Of a DNA stretch of 64,000 bases, positions 13,818-28,363 are shown piece after piece; the stretch's first letter is position 1, and each line of letters starts with the position of its first letter. The stretch covers positions 1-64,000 of the forward strand of contig CBDBDR010000015.1 in assembly GCA_965203965.1 (NCBI GenBank). The letters are read 5' to 3'. The translations under genes were made by a program, and so were the position numbers. Source of the stretch: Thermodesulfobacteriota bacterium (GTDB lineage: Bacteria > Desulfobacterota_D > UBA1144 > Nemesobacterales > JAJCZQ01). The notes under the pieces are model-generated. The model ran no database searches. It was not told where the DNA came from and saw only the letters and a program-made list of their open reading frames with translations.

Positions 13818-15904
13818 TTAATCTGCTGCGGATGTGTTTCGGCGCCAACGAGACCGCTTTGAAGAGCTTTGCTTAGAGGAAGATGGCTCACGTTTATTAG
13901 ATAAAGAAGCTGATTTAGTAGTAGGTGTCTGTTGCTGTGCCGACAAGGTAGGAGGAAGAGGCGAGGCTACAACAGTAGACACACCAGAACCAGTAGCAGG
14001 TTGAGCAGAAGATGCTGAAGGTAAAATTCCTAATGATCGCATCTGCTGTGTCTGGTTGAGGAGTGCTAGATGCAGCGCATTGGTCTGAGAAGACAAGCCA
14101 CTACCAGCAGCAGCAGCACCAGCAAGGAGACTGGGGTAGGGAGAGAGAAGAACCGAAGGGTTTCGCTGGGATGACTCAACTACCTGCATCAAAGTGGGTG
14201 ACACTAGACCTGGCTGAGCAGCTCTGATAGCTGATGATATCTTGCTGGGAAGAAGATCAAATGGATTCTCTGAGGCAATGGCACTTTTAGACTCATCTAC
14301 AGGAGGATAGACCTGCAGTGAGGTAAGTGGATCTACTTCAAGGGTGATGGTTGGTGTGCCGTATGAGGACACTGGAGTGAGCATGTAGGAGGGAAGGGAT
14401 GAAGGTGTATCCTGGGACGAGTCACCGAGCTGTGTCTGGTCTGTGTGTAAAGATAGCGAGTAATGTCTCTACTACATCCATAAAGTACCTGCATTGGGTG
14501 AAGATGAAGTAGCTGTGGTGTTTTCAAGGTCTTTTTGCCTTCTAGCAGTAAAGTGTACATTTTAAGGATTTGCAAGTTACACACAAACAGACAATTTTAC
14601 CTGATAGAGAATGAGTTTAATACTGAGTCCACTTCACCTGGGCCAGGAATACAGGTTTGTCTAATAGAGAAGAAAAGTATACTTTAGTGGGCAGAACCAC
14701 AACGGATACAGCATTTGAATTTCTCTTATTCGATACTACTACACAAGTGGCTAAGGTTGGTCAAAAATAAGGTCACCAAGTTCTCAAATCAACAAACCAC
14801 TGTTTTCTATGAATCTCCATCATGAGACAAACTAAATAGGGTAAACAGTTTTGTCGTAGCACAAACAGTTGTTGAAATAAGCATCAATTTATTTTCTTAA
14901 TCGATGCTATTCAAGTGGCTAAAGTAGTTGAAAAAATAAGGTCACAAAGTTCCAATTTTGTATGAGAATACATGAAACAAACTAGTGTGATACCATCTGG
15001 TGCTTTATATTCACCTAGCCTTGATAAGAGTTGACGAGCCAACCTGAGTGGATTTGTTAAAACGGCACCTGAGTCGATATATTGATGCCAACTTTGATAA
15101 CTGGAAAGAAAAAAAATTATAGTAAAAAGTTTCATGAGATAAATTCCATACCTCTGTTCGTTCCTCTGTACCCATAGGGGGCAGGAGTATCCTATGAGAG
15201 ATAAACTCAAATATTACACTACATACTCAACATCCAACCCACTCGGACAGATCAGAATCCTTAACAAAATCAATCATTAGCTGATTGAGACGTAGCATGA
15301 AGTCGAGATCAGGCAGACCAGCTGACTATAGGAACATAGATTCACTTGAGCTGCTAATAAAATCAGACTCACTCGAGCTAAGGTAGTGAGAGAGTTGTAG
15401 TCAGAACATGACACGTTCATAGACCACCAATTACGAGATTCCTTCTTTCTGCGCAATGCCTCATTATCTGTGATCATACGCACATCAAACTAGTATTAAT
15501 TCTCATTTCTCACCAGACAATTTCTTTCTGAGCTGACGCAAATGTCGCTTGGTGACCTTATGCTCCATTTCTACTGCTGCTAGTCTCTTTTCTGAGAGAC
15601 ATAGAGATTAGTGAAAGATGATACAGTTACTTACCAAACTTCTTGCATGATTCTGCTTGGTAGCATGTTAGTATCTCCATCTTGCTAGCCAACATACCAT
15701 TCTCTGAATATTATCGACGTTTGAATACACTGTATCATACATAGGTGTCTTACCAATGAACGCCAGTTTCAATAGCCGTTGTTGCTCTTCACAAACTGCC
15801 AGTAGGCCGGCAAGCTGAGCTTCACTGGATCCTTTCATTCGTCCCATTCTCGCGACAGACTCCAGATTCTTCTCAATCCTCTCCATTGCCTTAGGTAACG
15901 CCAT
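13818..15904 (-). CDS. Uncharacterised multi-exon protein: coiled-coil N-terminus, R3H-like domain, low-complexity S/P/A tail, basic C-terminus
   Basis: Hand-spliced GT-AG exons stay in frame: MALPKAMER...EKRLAAVEMEHKVTKRHLRQLRKK...LNQLMIDFVKDSDLSEILLPPMGTEERTELSKLASIYRLRCRF...TLIKARQTCIP, joining ORF 13818-14384. The LPPM...ER...LA..Y.L pattern fits R3H. Confidence 0.6.
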
Positions 15905-16182
15905 ACCAGGTACAGTTGGCTCTGGAAATACACACAGCAATTGCTGAATACCGAGTTATTGACTTCTAACCTCCGCACAACTTTAACGTGTTGTCCGCCA
16001 TTTTTAAATAAAAATTCCGCGGGTGAGTCCGAGCGAACCAATTTTCACATTCAAAATGAATTATTGATATTATTTACAAACAGGAAGAAAATTTGTTAAA
16101 ATAATAACTGTCCTTTGCTTTGATAATAACATAGACTGCAACAAAATTTAACTCTGTAGACAAAAATTGAGACAGATCACTT

Positions 16183-19100
16183 TCAGTCTTCTCTTTCAAG
16201 TGATGAAGATTGTAGCAGATCAGCAGAGAGGCTGCTCACAGGTCTATCACCATCGTGTGGTGTGATGGTACGATCAGAGGCGCATGACTCTGATCCAAGA
16301 CTACGGGCACGAATATGATGACCAGAGAGCGATCGTGTGAGACTACCAGACTCACTAGTTGGAGGAGGAGTGAAGGTGCGTGTGTGCCTCACAGAGGAGG
16401 AGGTAGTGGTTGTTGAGCAGTCAGAGGGAACACGAGTGAACAATGGAGGGTTTCCACGAGGGCTACAACTACGACGCAAGTTCAAACGAGGTTTAACAGT
16501 TTGCTCTTCAGACGAAGTGACAGGAATATCTGGGACTTTGACTGGATCGCTCTGATCGTCATCACCTTGCTCTTCTTGGGCTTGGAGTGAGAAAGAAGAG
16601 GTGGTGAAAATGCCGGAAGATCTGGTCGCTTGAAAGTTCACAAGACCACTGTCAGGTACTTGAAGATGATCAGAGGTAGAGTGAGGAAGTATGGGTGTGC
16701 TGATGGGTGTGCCTGATGACTGGGTGGTGGAGGAAGGGGCTGGACGGTATCCCGGACACATGATGCTCATCAGTGATGGAGAAGGAGAGGGAGCACGAGA
16801 AGACACATTGCTTCCAGCCAGTGATGAACTGGTCAGTTCGCAATTGTGTAGCAATCGCAAGACTTCCTCTTTGGATGGTCCCGCCTTTCGCTCAGCTGAG
16901 AATGAACAAGAATGTGAAGCAAAAATTATATCAAAATTAATATCAAATAGCAAATGTCTACTCACATGAACTAATCTTGTGGAAAATTTCCAGAGCAGTA
17001 GTGAGGTCCCATACCTGTGACACAAGTATAGAATATCTGGTATCAGACTCTGAAGCTGTACTGACCTGTACACTGCCGTTCACATGTCCAGTGAAGATGA
17101 ATCTTCGTGATCTCATGCCCACACGACTCACACCCTCACACTCGTGCACACAGTATGTGCTAACATTGCTGTTATCAACACTTTCAATTTTGCATACCCT
17201 GCCGGCAAAATATTAATAACAATGACATAATGATTCTCGATGACTACCTCTCTCCAGTAGATGACAGACGCACATAGATTTTGTCAATGTCAGGAATTAC
17301 TCTCTGAACAAACACGCGTTCATCATCAGCTTCTCCAAACGGCCCTGCAGATCAAAACACGATGAAGAAATGAAAGGAGTGGTAAGAGTGTAGCATACCA
17401 ATTGAGTTAATGTGATTGTAAAGTGAGTGAGCTCCTTCAAGAGAGAGAACTTTGAATGAGGCGATAGGTGTGGATCCAGGTTGGGTTGATATCCTGCCAC
17501 GGAACCGAGTGACTGTCCATGAACGAACATGGTTCTCAGAGCAAACTATTGAAACCGAACAATAGAGACCAAGCATCATCAAATCAAGATTTTTTTACCT
17601 GACACAAGATTCTTTTCTCCCAGTACAACTTGTGATACAGCACATGAATGAATATTGTAGCTCTGGAATAGTTGAGGAGCTTGTCCAATGTTTTCAGGGT
17701 GCCTCACTATCACCCTCACTCCTCCTCCTCTGGTGCCATACGCCACCTCCATCCATGTTTGGTCTGACCCTATAGGTACAGAGACGCGTGTGTATGTTAA
17801 GCACTGCATGTGTGTACGTTAAGCACTGCACGTGTATGGGTAATGTGTCCTTACAGCATGTAGGAGGCATAAACACACTGAGGGCAGTGATGGCTTCTTT
17901 AAATGGGTCCTCGAACAGTTGTGTCACGAGCAGATCATTGTCCTTCATTCTAACTGGAAATTTCTCCATGTCTAGAAATTAAGGAGTGACATGATATTAT
18001 AGCCAATACAAGACAGTCCCAACTCACCAATGTAGTATATACAACCATTATCACATCCTATCAGTAGATATAGACCAGCCATTGTGTAGCTACTGATTGG
18101 AGACAATTCTTGCACCTAAACCAGGTGGAGTGAAAGAGTTACTTGCTTGGGACCAAATGTTATTACCTGCCAGTGTCTCTGTACTCCTTGCCATACAGCC
18201 ACCTTGCCTGTATTGCTAATAGCAACCAATTGATTGTTACAAAAGAAGAGACCGTCCACTGGTATCCTCATGTCAAATGATGCTAGAGGAAACAGAAAGT
18301 CAGAGCTTCCTACAACACACAGTCAATGTTGCCTAATATGCTCTTCGTTTGCTTACTCATATCCTCACACACCCATAAACACACAAACTGCCTTTACCTA
18401 ACAACTTGGAAGCAGGAGAACAGCTCCATATTTTTATTTCATAACCTGTATTACCAGACAGCTATAGACAATACAATAAGACAGGTCATGGCTTACCTAA
18501 TACTACAGCTAACAGTTTATCACCGAGAGCAGTAGCTGTGACACGACCATTGAGAGCTATCCTCTGAGGAGACTTCTCAAGAGGAGGCGTGGTGAACACT
18601 AGCTCCCAACCTCGAGAGTGAGCACTACACAACAATGAACCTCTCTTCTTCACTCGCGCTATGCTTGTACTCACCTTAACATGCACACACAGTGATGGTA
18701 AGCTACTGCAATACAGTTCATGTGACCAGCAATCTGAATCACCTGACGCAGTAAATCTGCACAAACAGATGAATCAAAAAGGTCAAATGACTATTTGAGA
18801 TTTACCCGGTCTTAGTGGTGGAAAATGTGGTCTACTATCCAGATCAGGCAGTGAATCGAACACTAAAGAGAAGAGTAACTAGTGTTTATGCAAATGAATT
18901 GTGCATTTTACCAGGTGGATGGAGTTGAGCATGAAAGAGAATGCTACCGCAAGAGCTGGTCTCCATTTCCTCGCAGACAGTTAGTCGCTTGACTAGAAAA
19001 AGACAAACAAACAGCCTTGAACACTACATGGATAATGCATGTCTATGTTTTACCGAGAGGATGGATTCCAAAGTATTCAGCATCGTGTTTCAGTGCCCAT

Positions 19101-19714
19101 AGATCAGCATTCCTGGACATGAACATGTCAGAACAAAACAGGTTTACTTGCACATTTCTCGAGTCACAAACTCACTTAATGTCAACTGTACGAGTGCGAA
19201 GAAAATTGAGAATTTGTCTGAAAATGACTGGATCACGATCAATGAAGAGCTATATTGAAAACAAAGTTCTTATAGAATTCAATAGCACGCAAACATAATG
19301 CTTAGACACAACATATGCAATTACCACCTACCGCTCCTGTTTCGTCCCGTACTGATGGAATACGACCACTGAGCAAACTAAAGAGAGATACATTATGTAT
19401 GCATTGAGTATCAGCAGCTTGTAATATTATACCTGGAAAAGAATGAGTCGGGTATCCAAGTTAGGGTTTGTTGAGAAGTGCAGAACCTAAGATGCAAGAG
19501 AGATCAGTAGCAGTGAGTATTACGTACACTATTAAACGTACAGAATGGCATAGCTAGACTGCTATAGCTACATGTATATATGTGACAAAAATGCATAGCT
19601 TAGCATTGTTGTGTTCACTTACTTTTCTCCGCCGACATTCAAGGTTACTATGTCGCTAGTAGACATCGGTTTGGGAGCATTATAAGCGCTCTTGTTAGTC
19701 GACGAGAGCTCCAT
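16183..19714 (-). CDS. KCTD3: BTB/POZ + WD40-like protein of the KCTD3/SHKBP1 family, multi-exon
   Basis: First exon ...[15 protein letters not shown] (BTB start). Later exons [87 protein letters not shown] and [18 protein letters not shown] are family hallmarks. Confidence 0.9.
17788..17835. repeat. 22-bp tandem repeat, ~2 copies, in a KCTD3 intron
   Basis: gtgtgtatgttaagcactgcat / gtgtgtacgttaagcactgcac. Confidence 0.85.
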
Positions 19715-19902
19715 GACTCAGCTGACCGAGCTCGAGACCAATGTGTACTATAAAAGTGCGCTATAACTAGAATGAATATATACTCTCCACCCCAACTATT
19801 ATTAGAACACATTCTTCCTTATAAGACAATGAGTATTCTATAAATAGAAATAGCACACCATAATACATCAGTATTAATTTCCAAAATACAACATATAAAA
19901 AG

Positions 19903-22158
19903 TTATGTTCTAGCACCAACACCGCCAGGACGTGGACTATTGAGCTACAGAGAGAGAGAAAGAATATCACTGGCAGAGCACAATAATGATCGAGACTGAC
20001 TTACCCCAGGTGGATTAATATCAGGAGGTTCACTCATCACTTCTATCGGCATGCCGTGTTTAGGACGTATCCACACACTAACGTAGCCATCCATGCAGGA
20101 AGTAAGAAGGCAGTCCTCACGAAATGCAATATCAGACAATCGTTCGTGACTGATCTTCTTGCAGACGAGTGCTTCAATGAGATTCACTTCATTCATCGGG
20201 TAAGCAATGTCATCGTTCTGACAGGTCTCAAATTGGGAAACAAAGCGTCGTGATGGAGGTGCTTGATAGCTTGAAAAAATTGGAATATTCTTAATTTTCT
20301 TTGTTATTGATTTAATGCCACTGCCTTTCTCTTTGCCACTTTCCTTTAGTGCTTTGTCTTTCTTTTGTTTCTTCTTCGACTTTGTGGAAGAAACAGAGGA
20401 AGGAAGAGATTGAGTAGAATCAGGGAGAGCATCTGAGGAAGAGTTGGGAGGAAGACAAGAGGTTTCACCAGCCATATTGTTCATCTCTATACCGGTAGTT
20501 TGTTTGTCACTGTCTTTGGGAGGCGAAGAAGGACGACGAAATTCATCTTGCTGTGACAAGCGAGCGCGCCATTTTCTCTTCTCAAATCGACTACCAGTGC
20601 TGGCTCGTCTCTCTGTAAGTGGAGAAGAAGAGGATTGGCTCGGCCCACCTCTTGGCAGAGTATTTGACATGCCGGGATTTGTGTCTAAAGATCGAGAGGT
20701 AAAATCTACTGCTTGTGAGGTTCCCTCCGGTTTATCCGGATGAAAGTATGCATGTTTTGACGATCGTGATCGTGTTCTACCAAACTGGCGCCGTGGTTTT
20801 AGTGAGTCACCTGTCAGCTCCCATAGGCACAGCAAACCATCCTGCCCAACTGAACCCAGTCGATAAGAAACGTCATCTTCAGCAAAGTACCGACTACCTC
20901 TATGGCTGGTGTTATCAAGCATAGGAGGTACAGTTCTACCAGCATTTGAGGATGATGTTGCACCGGATTGTGAATTGTATGGATCAAAAGCGACTGCATT
21001 AACATACGAACGATGACCTTCACCACGGACTACAATTTTCTTAATCTCAAATGACCACACACTCACGAGGTCATCCTCTCCTCCCGTCACTACGAACTGA
21101 CCATCAGGACTCCAACACACACACAGCAGTCCACCAAAATAGCTTCTCATTCGACCATGAAGCTCCTCTTTCTGGAAATCATACACTCTCAAAAACCCGT
21201 CTTGACTAACCACTGCCATGTGCCTTGTGTCAGGTGAAAATTCAAACATGTTGATGTTTCCATGACCAATTTTCCAGCGTGAGACTAGTTGTGATTTGCC
21301 TTTTGGCTTGCAAGTGTAAATTTCAGTATCGGTGAGTGTTTTTGTGAGAGAGTAGGTTGGAAGAGTCGGTGATTTGAGTGAGTCTTCTGTTGTCCATAAA
21401 TACAAATATCCGCTCATGTGTGTAGAGATAAATAGATTCTCAGAACCAGGCATCCACCGAATACAAGTGATGTCTGTTTCATCAATTGTGTGCTGAGAAA
21501 GAATTAAGTAGATGTCATTGATTATACAACAAAGAGGACTAGTAACAATGAATTAAAAAAGACAAAATAAGCATTGTGTATGTAAACAAAGAGATACATA
21601 TTACAATGCACTCACATCTCCATTGTAGACTCCAACATTAGAACGTGTTATAGGGTCTAGATGTTGTATAGGACCACGATTGAAGCCCACTATCAGATCA
21701 AGATGTTCAGTGCTTCGAGTGACTTGGTTCACATCATGTACTAGTGGGTATGAGGTACGGTATGAATGCTTGTCAGTCCATTTTTGAAGATCTGGTATCT
21801 GCAGGAAAATACACGGGTCAGTTTACATGAGGAGTGGTCTGGCCTCTACAACTATACATGTAGCAGGAGTGGCCTAGTGAGTTGTATACACTGGTCAAAC
21901 ATGACTTACATTCTCAGCTCCTTCAAATGGGAAACAATAAAGTTCTCTGCCGGAGTTGAATACGATCAGGTCGGTGTGCCCCTGGGCGTCTTGAGTAGTC
22001 ACAAGAGAAATGCGTGTTGGCGATAAGTCTTCTCCTATTAGAGGTTGTCGCTTTGTTCTGCAGTATTGAAGCGATTTCACATTTTTGTAGATGCCTTCCT
22101 TTCCTTTGAATTCTGTTCGCAGGTCAGAGGCGGTCGTGGCAACACCTTTCCCTGCCAT
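19903..22158 (-). CDS. WDR20: WD repeat protein 20 / DMWD family (USP12/46 activator), multi-exon
   Basis: FKGKEGIYK, VFNSGRELY, FSPDTRHMAVVSQDGFLRVYDF, MRSYFGGLLCVCWSPDG.FVVTGGEDDLVSVWS, YRLGSVGQDG.LCLWEL, CKKISHERL. Inferred last exon LNSPRPGGVGART*. Confidence 0.92.
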
Positions 22159-22343
22159 CTTCTTGTTTTGGGCGTAATTTTAATGGGTGGGCTGACCGCA
22201 CCTCCAAAACCGTAGTCCTAGATCCTACCGAGTACCGATTGCGCATAAACAGGTCTCGTCACAGATCAGTGATCACTCGGTAGTCGGTAGAAGAGTCTAG
22301 AGCAAGCACGTGGCAATTTGCGGTAAGAAATCGGGTAACCTTT

Positions 22344-22381
22344 CGTAGTTTCTCGAACATACGATTTGAGCTAGTATAAAA
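22344..22381 (+). promoter_or_regulatory. Heat-shock element plus TATA box of HSP90, in the divergent WDR20/HSP90 promoter
   Basis: cGTAg-tTTCt-cGAAc-aTACg (alternating nGAAn/nTTCn pentamers, two imperfect) at 22344-22363. TATAAAA at 22375-22381, ~85 bp upstream of the ATG. Confidence 0.7.
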
Positions 22382-22462
22382 GGCATTTTATTTCTTGCAC
22401 GCGGTCACTTTGACTTGCTCATCAGCCCTATATCATTGTCTACTACTCGAAAGCCTTTGAAA

Positions 22463-25165
<2,703 letters not shown>

Positions 25166-25395
25166 ACTAACCCAAAACTGACATTCACACTCATACACAA
25201 GCAGCATGCAAGTGATTCATTCTTTGCTGTTTTTTTTTGTGTTGTAAAATTATCAGCTGCTTTGATATTCTGTTTCTGATAACAACGTTCTGAGAAAGGG
25301 TGTGTTTAGCTATTGATGAAAGACAATCATGTTATGATAGCATTACAAACTGTGGAGACATGGATATGCAGCATTGATTGTTCTGGAAGTGAAGG

Positions 25396-26581
25396 TCATG
25401 ATGAATACTCTGTTCTTCTGAGTGTGGCAGTGATACAGCAAGTAGCAGTGAGCAGCTGGAGAGCTGTTTGATCTAGCTGACTGTCCAGCAGAGCAACATC
25501 ATGATATAGACCATCACTATAGCTATCCACACCAGAGTCTTGGGGACTAGAAAAGAGGGAAGACATGAACTACAATGGTAGTGAATTTTACCTCATGTGA
25601 TCATCATATTGGTTGGTAGAGTCCCTAAGAGCATAACACAAAATAAAACACGCCAATGTTTATGATACTTCTCACATGTCAGACTGGTTGCTGTAGCTAT
25701 CATACAGTCCTCCTCCTCCAGCAGGCTCAGTTAGAGGCAGACCAGGATCAACATCAGGCACAACATGACATTCACTGCATAGCTAGAGTGAGGAGAAGCC
25801 AGTGATAGTCATGTGGTTGCATTAGCAATGAAACACTGCTATGTGTTAAAAGCAGCACAATTCAGGTATGAAAGGTGTTGATAGCAGATGTTGGGTCCAT
25901 TATTAGGCTATTCAGCTGGAGATACAGACAGCTGTTAGCTGAAGACTGGGCAGACATTTGCTGTAGCACTGGAATCCAACAGCAAGACTATTTAGAACTC
26001 TTGTCAACACAGGATTCAATGCACAGAAACTAAACATAGACTGAAAATGCACATACTAACATGTACACATACTGTTGATTGGTGATCATAGTGGCTTGGG
26101 TGTTTGCAGAAATAGTGCAATGCAGTGAACTGCTCTGACACTGTCTGTTGAAGACAAGCACGAAAATTCTCGAGCTCTACATTCACGCGATGTCTCAATG
26201 AATCTTCTATACCTGTAAACTTATAGTGACAGCGTTACAGTACCTACATAAATTTGTACCATAGATATGATTGGTCAGTGTATTATCAGGTAGCACGGAA
26301 GGAGGAGGACGAATAAGAAAACGAGAATGGAGTCTTTTTCTGGTGCTTGGCAATGAATGATTCTGAGATATAGGATACAGACTGTCGGATACACTTGAAT
26401 CTTCTATTTGCGTGTTGAGTTGTGGTGAAGGTGTGTTCTCATCTGGTACAACAGGCATTTCTTTTTCGTCTTCCATAACTGTCTGTTTAACAGCAGTCAG
26501 ACGAGACTGACCATCTCCTGCTCTTAATCTGCTGTGTTGCTCTTCATAAGTGAGTTTGAGCGAAGATATGCGCTTGCTCAT
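25396..26581 (-). CDS. Hypothetical multi-exon protein; 3' exon structure uncertain
   Basis: ORF 26207-26581 splices in frame to GIEDSLRHRVNVELENFRACLQQ... Further exon-like blocks with splice signals run down to ~25396. No family recognised. Confidence 0.35.
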
Positions 26582-26680
26582 GTTACTGTCTCCATGTGCA
26601 GCTGCACGGTAATCCTCCGTATTCTATTCCCGAATCCGTAATCTTGATAAAACGAAGATAGTCTACCCCGCCTTATCAAC

Positions 26681-28183
26681 ATGGCTGACAGATGCTTTGG
26701 CTGCACCAGCAAGTACAAATTTCGCGAAAAACCACGCGTTTGTCCTCAGTGTAACAGAAACTTTTGTTCCAAATGTTTGGATCCGAAGAAAGGCAGAGAA
26801 ACATGTGTCTACTGCGCTCAAAAATCTGTCTATCGCAAAGAGGAGAAGGAGATTGTTCAAAACTTTCAAGAACACTTTAACAAGCACAAGCGTCATCACA
26901 GAGCACCTCCGACAGTCACCCGGCTCCAGCTGGATACTAGTCGTATTCAAACACAGCAGCAGAATGCTCCTGGTGATCCGGAGAAACCTTATATCAGTGG
27001 TAAGCTGGCACCAGAAGATCAGGAGATAGCCGATCGACTTCAGAAGTTAAGGGAATCGCGCTCATCAGACAAGGAGGAGGTATCTGAAGAAGATATGAAA
27101 GAGCGGTTAGACAAGTTACGGGGAGAGCAGCCTAAGGATCAGTTATCTACCCCTAGTGTTAGTGGAGGTAATCCTGCAGCTGCCGCTGGAACCGATGTAG
27201 AGAAAGCAGACCATCTTATGGAGCAGATGGAAGGAGAGGTCAGACTGGATAAGAGACTGGCAGACAGTCATGGGAACAAGGAAGATGAGCTGTTTGATCG
27301 ATTTAGTGCTCTAACAGGAAGAGAGCAAAATTCAAAACCAGCCATTTCTTCACCAGATGCAGAAGCTGGCGACAATGGGCAAGAGCCAGAAGATCCTGAA
27401 AAAGTGCTTCGTGATTTGAAAGCAATGACAGTAGATGAAGAACGAAAAGCTGCCCTGGCATTGCAGGGTAATGATATGAAGACCCTAGTTGAGGGTGGGC
27501 CTAATGATCAATTTCCTGACATCTCATATCCAACGAAAGACAAACAAAAAGGAGAAGAGGAGATTGCCAAATTAATGGAGATGGCCAAGGAAGAGAATCG
27601 ACTTGAAGAGAATGCATTGAAAGATGACCAACAGTTTATTTCAGAAAGTTCTAAGCATCTAGCAAGACTGAGAGATGAAGATGACAAGGAAGAAGAAGTT
27701 CGTAGTAAACCAGCTGCTGCTGCTGCTAAGAGAGACCTAGAATTTCAATGGCGGCATTTTAGTGGTTCACAAGCCTCTAATGCACCTGGTGCAGTGAGCA
27801 GTATTGTGGACTGGATGGATGAGGATGACAGTGACTTTGATCAACAGGTTCATGAGCTGCTGGAGCAAATGGCTGTTGAAGGAAAGCTTGATGAACGGTT
27901 GGAAAGAGATGGTCTTACACATATTGTTGAGAGAGAAAAAGAAAACGATTCACAAGCAAGACCACTTCCATCATCGTCAGCAGCTGCTGCTGCTACTCCA
28001 TACGGTGCATTTGGTGAAGACGACCTACCGTGGTGCTGCATATGCAATGAAGATGCTGTCATTCGTTGTTTTGATTGTAGCTCGGATCTCTATTGTTTGC
28101 GATGCTTCTCTGAAGGTCACCAACAATTTGGATTGTTTGATCACCGCTATGCTCCTTATGAGCCTCCAAAGAAATCAAATTAG
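26681..28183 (+). CDS. ZFYVE19: Abscission/NoCut checkpoint regulator (ANCHR)-like, single exon
   Basis: N-terminal atypical FYVE-like finger (CFGC...CPQC...FCSKC...CVYC), [13 protein letters not shown]-terminal [32 protein letters not shown]. Confidence 0.88.
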   Translation: MADRCFGCTSKYKFREKPRVCPQCNRNFCSKCLDPKKGRETCVYCAQKSVYRKEEKEIVQNFQEHFNKHKRHHRAPPTVTRLQLDTSRIQTQQQNAPGDPEKPYISGKLAPEDQEIADRLQKLRESRSSDKEEVSEEDMKERLDKLRGEQPKDQLSTPSVSGGNPAAAAGTDVEKADHLMEQMEGEVRLDKRLADSHGNKEDELFDRFSALTGREQNSKPAISSPDAEAGDNGQEPEDPEKVLRDLKAMTVDEERKAALALQGNDMKTLVEGGPNDQFPDISYPTKDKQKGEEEIAKLMEMAKEENRLEENALKDDQQFISESSKHLARLRDEDDKEEEVRSKPAAAAAKRDLEFQWRHFSGSQASNAPGAVSSIVDWMDEDDSDFDQQVHELLEQMAVEGKLDERLERDGLTHIVEREKENDSQARPLPSSSAAAAATPYGAFGEDDLPWCCICNEDAVIRCFDCSSDLYCLRCFSEGHQQFGLFDHRYAPYEPPKKSN

Positions 28184-28363
28184 TAATGTAGCTATGTTGA
28201 TGTTATTCATGATGTTCATTATTACTCGTTGACGTTTTCATTACTGTATGGGCGGTCCCGATTTCCCCGTCGCGTCGGATCCTGCTCGGGTCGTGATCTC
28301 GAGCGCTACTGTTGTTCCGAGCTCTACATCTAACAAATTGTTCGTTTAGTAAGATAGCTAGAC

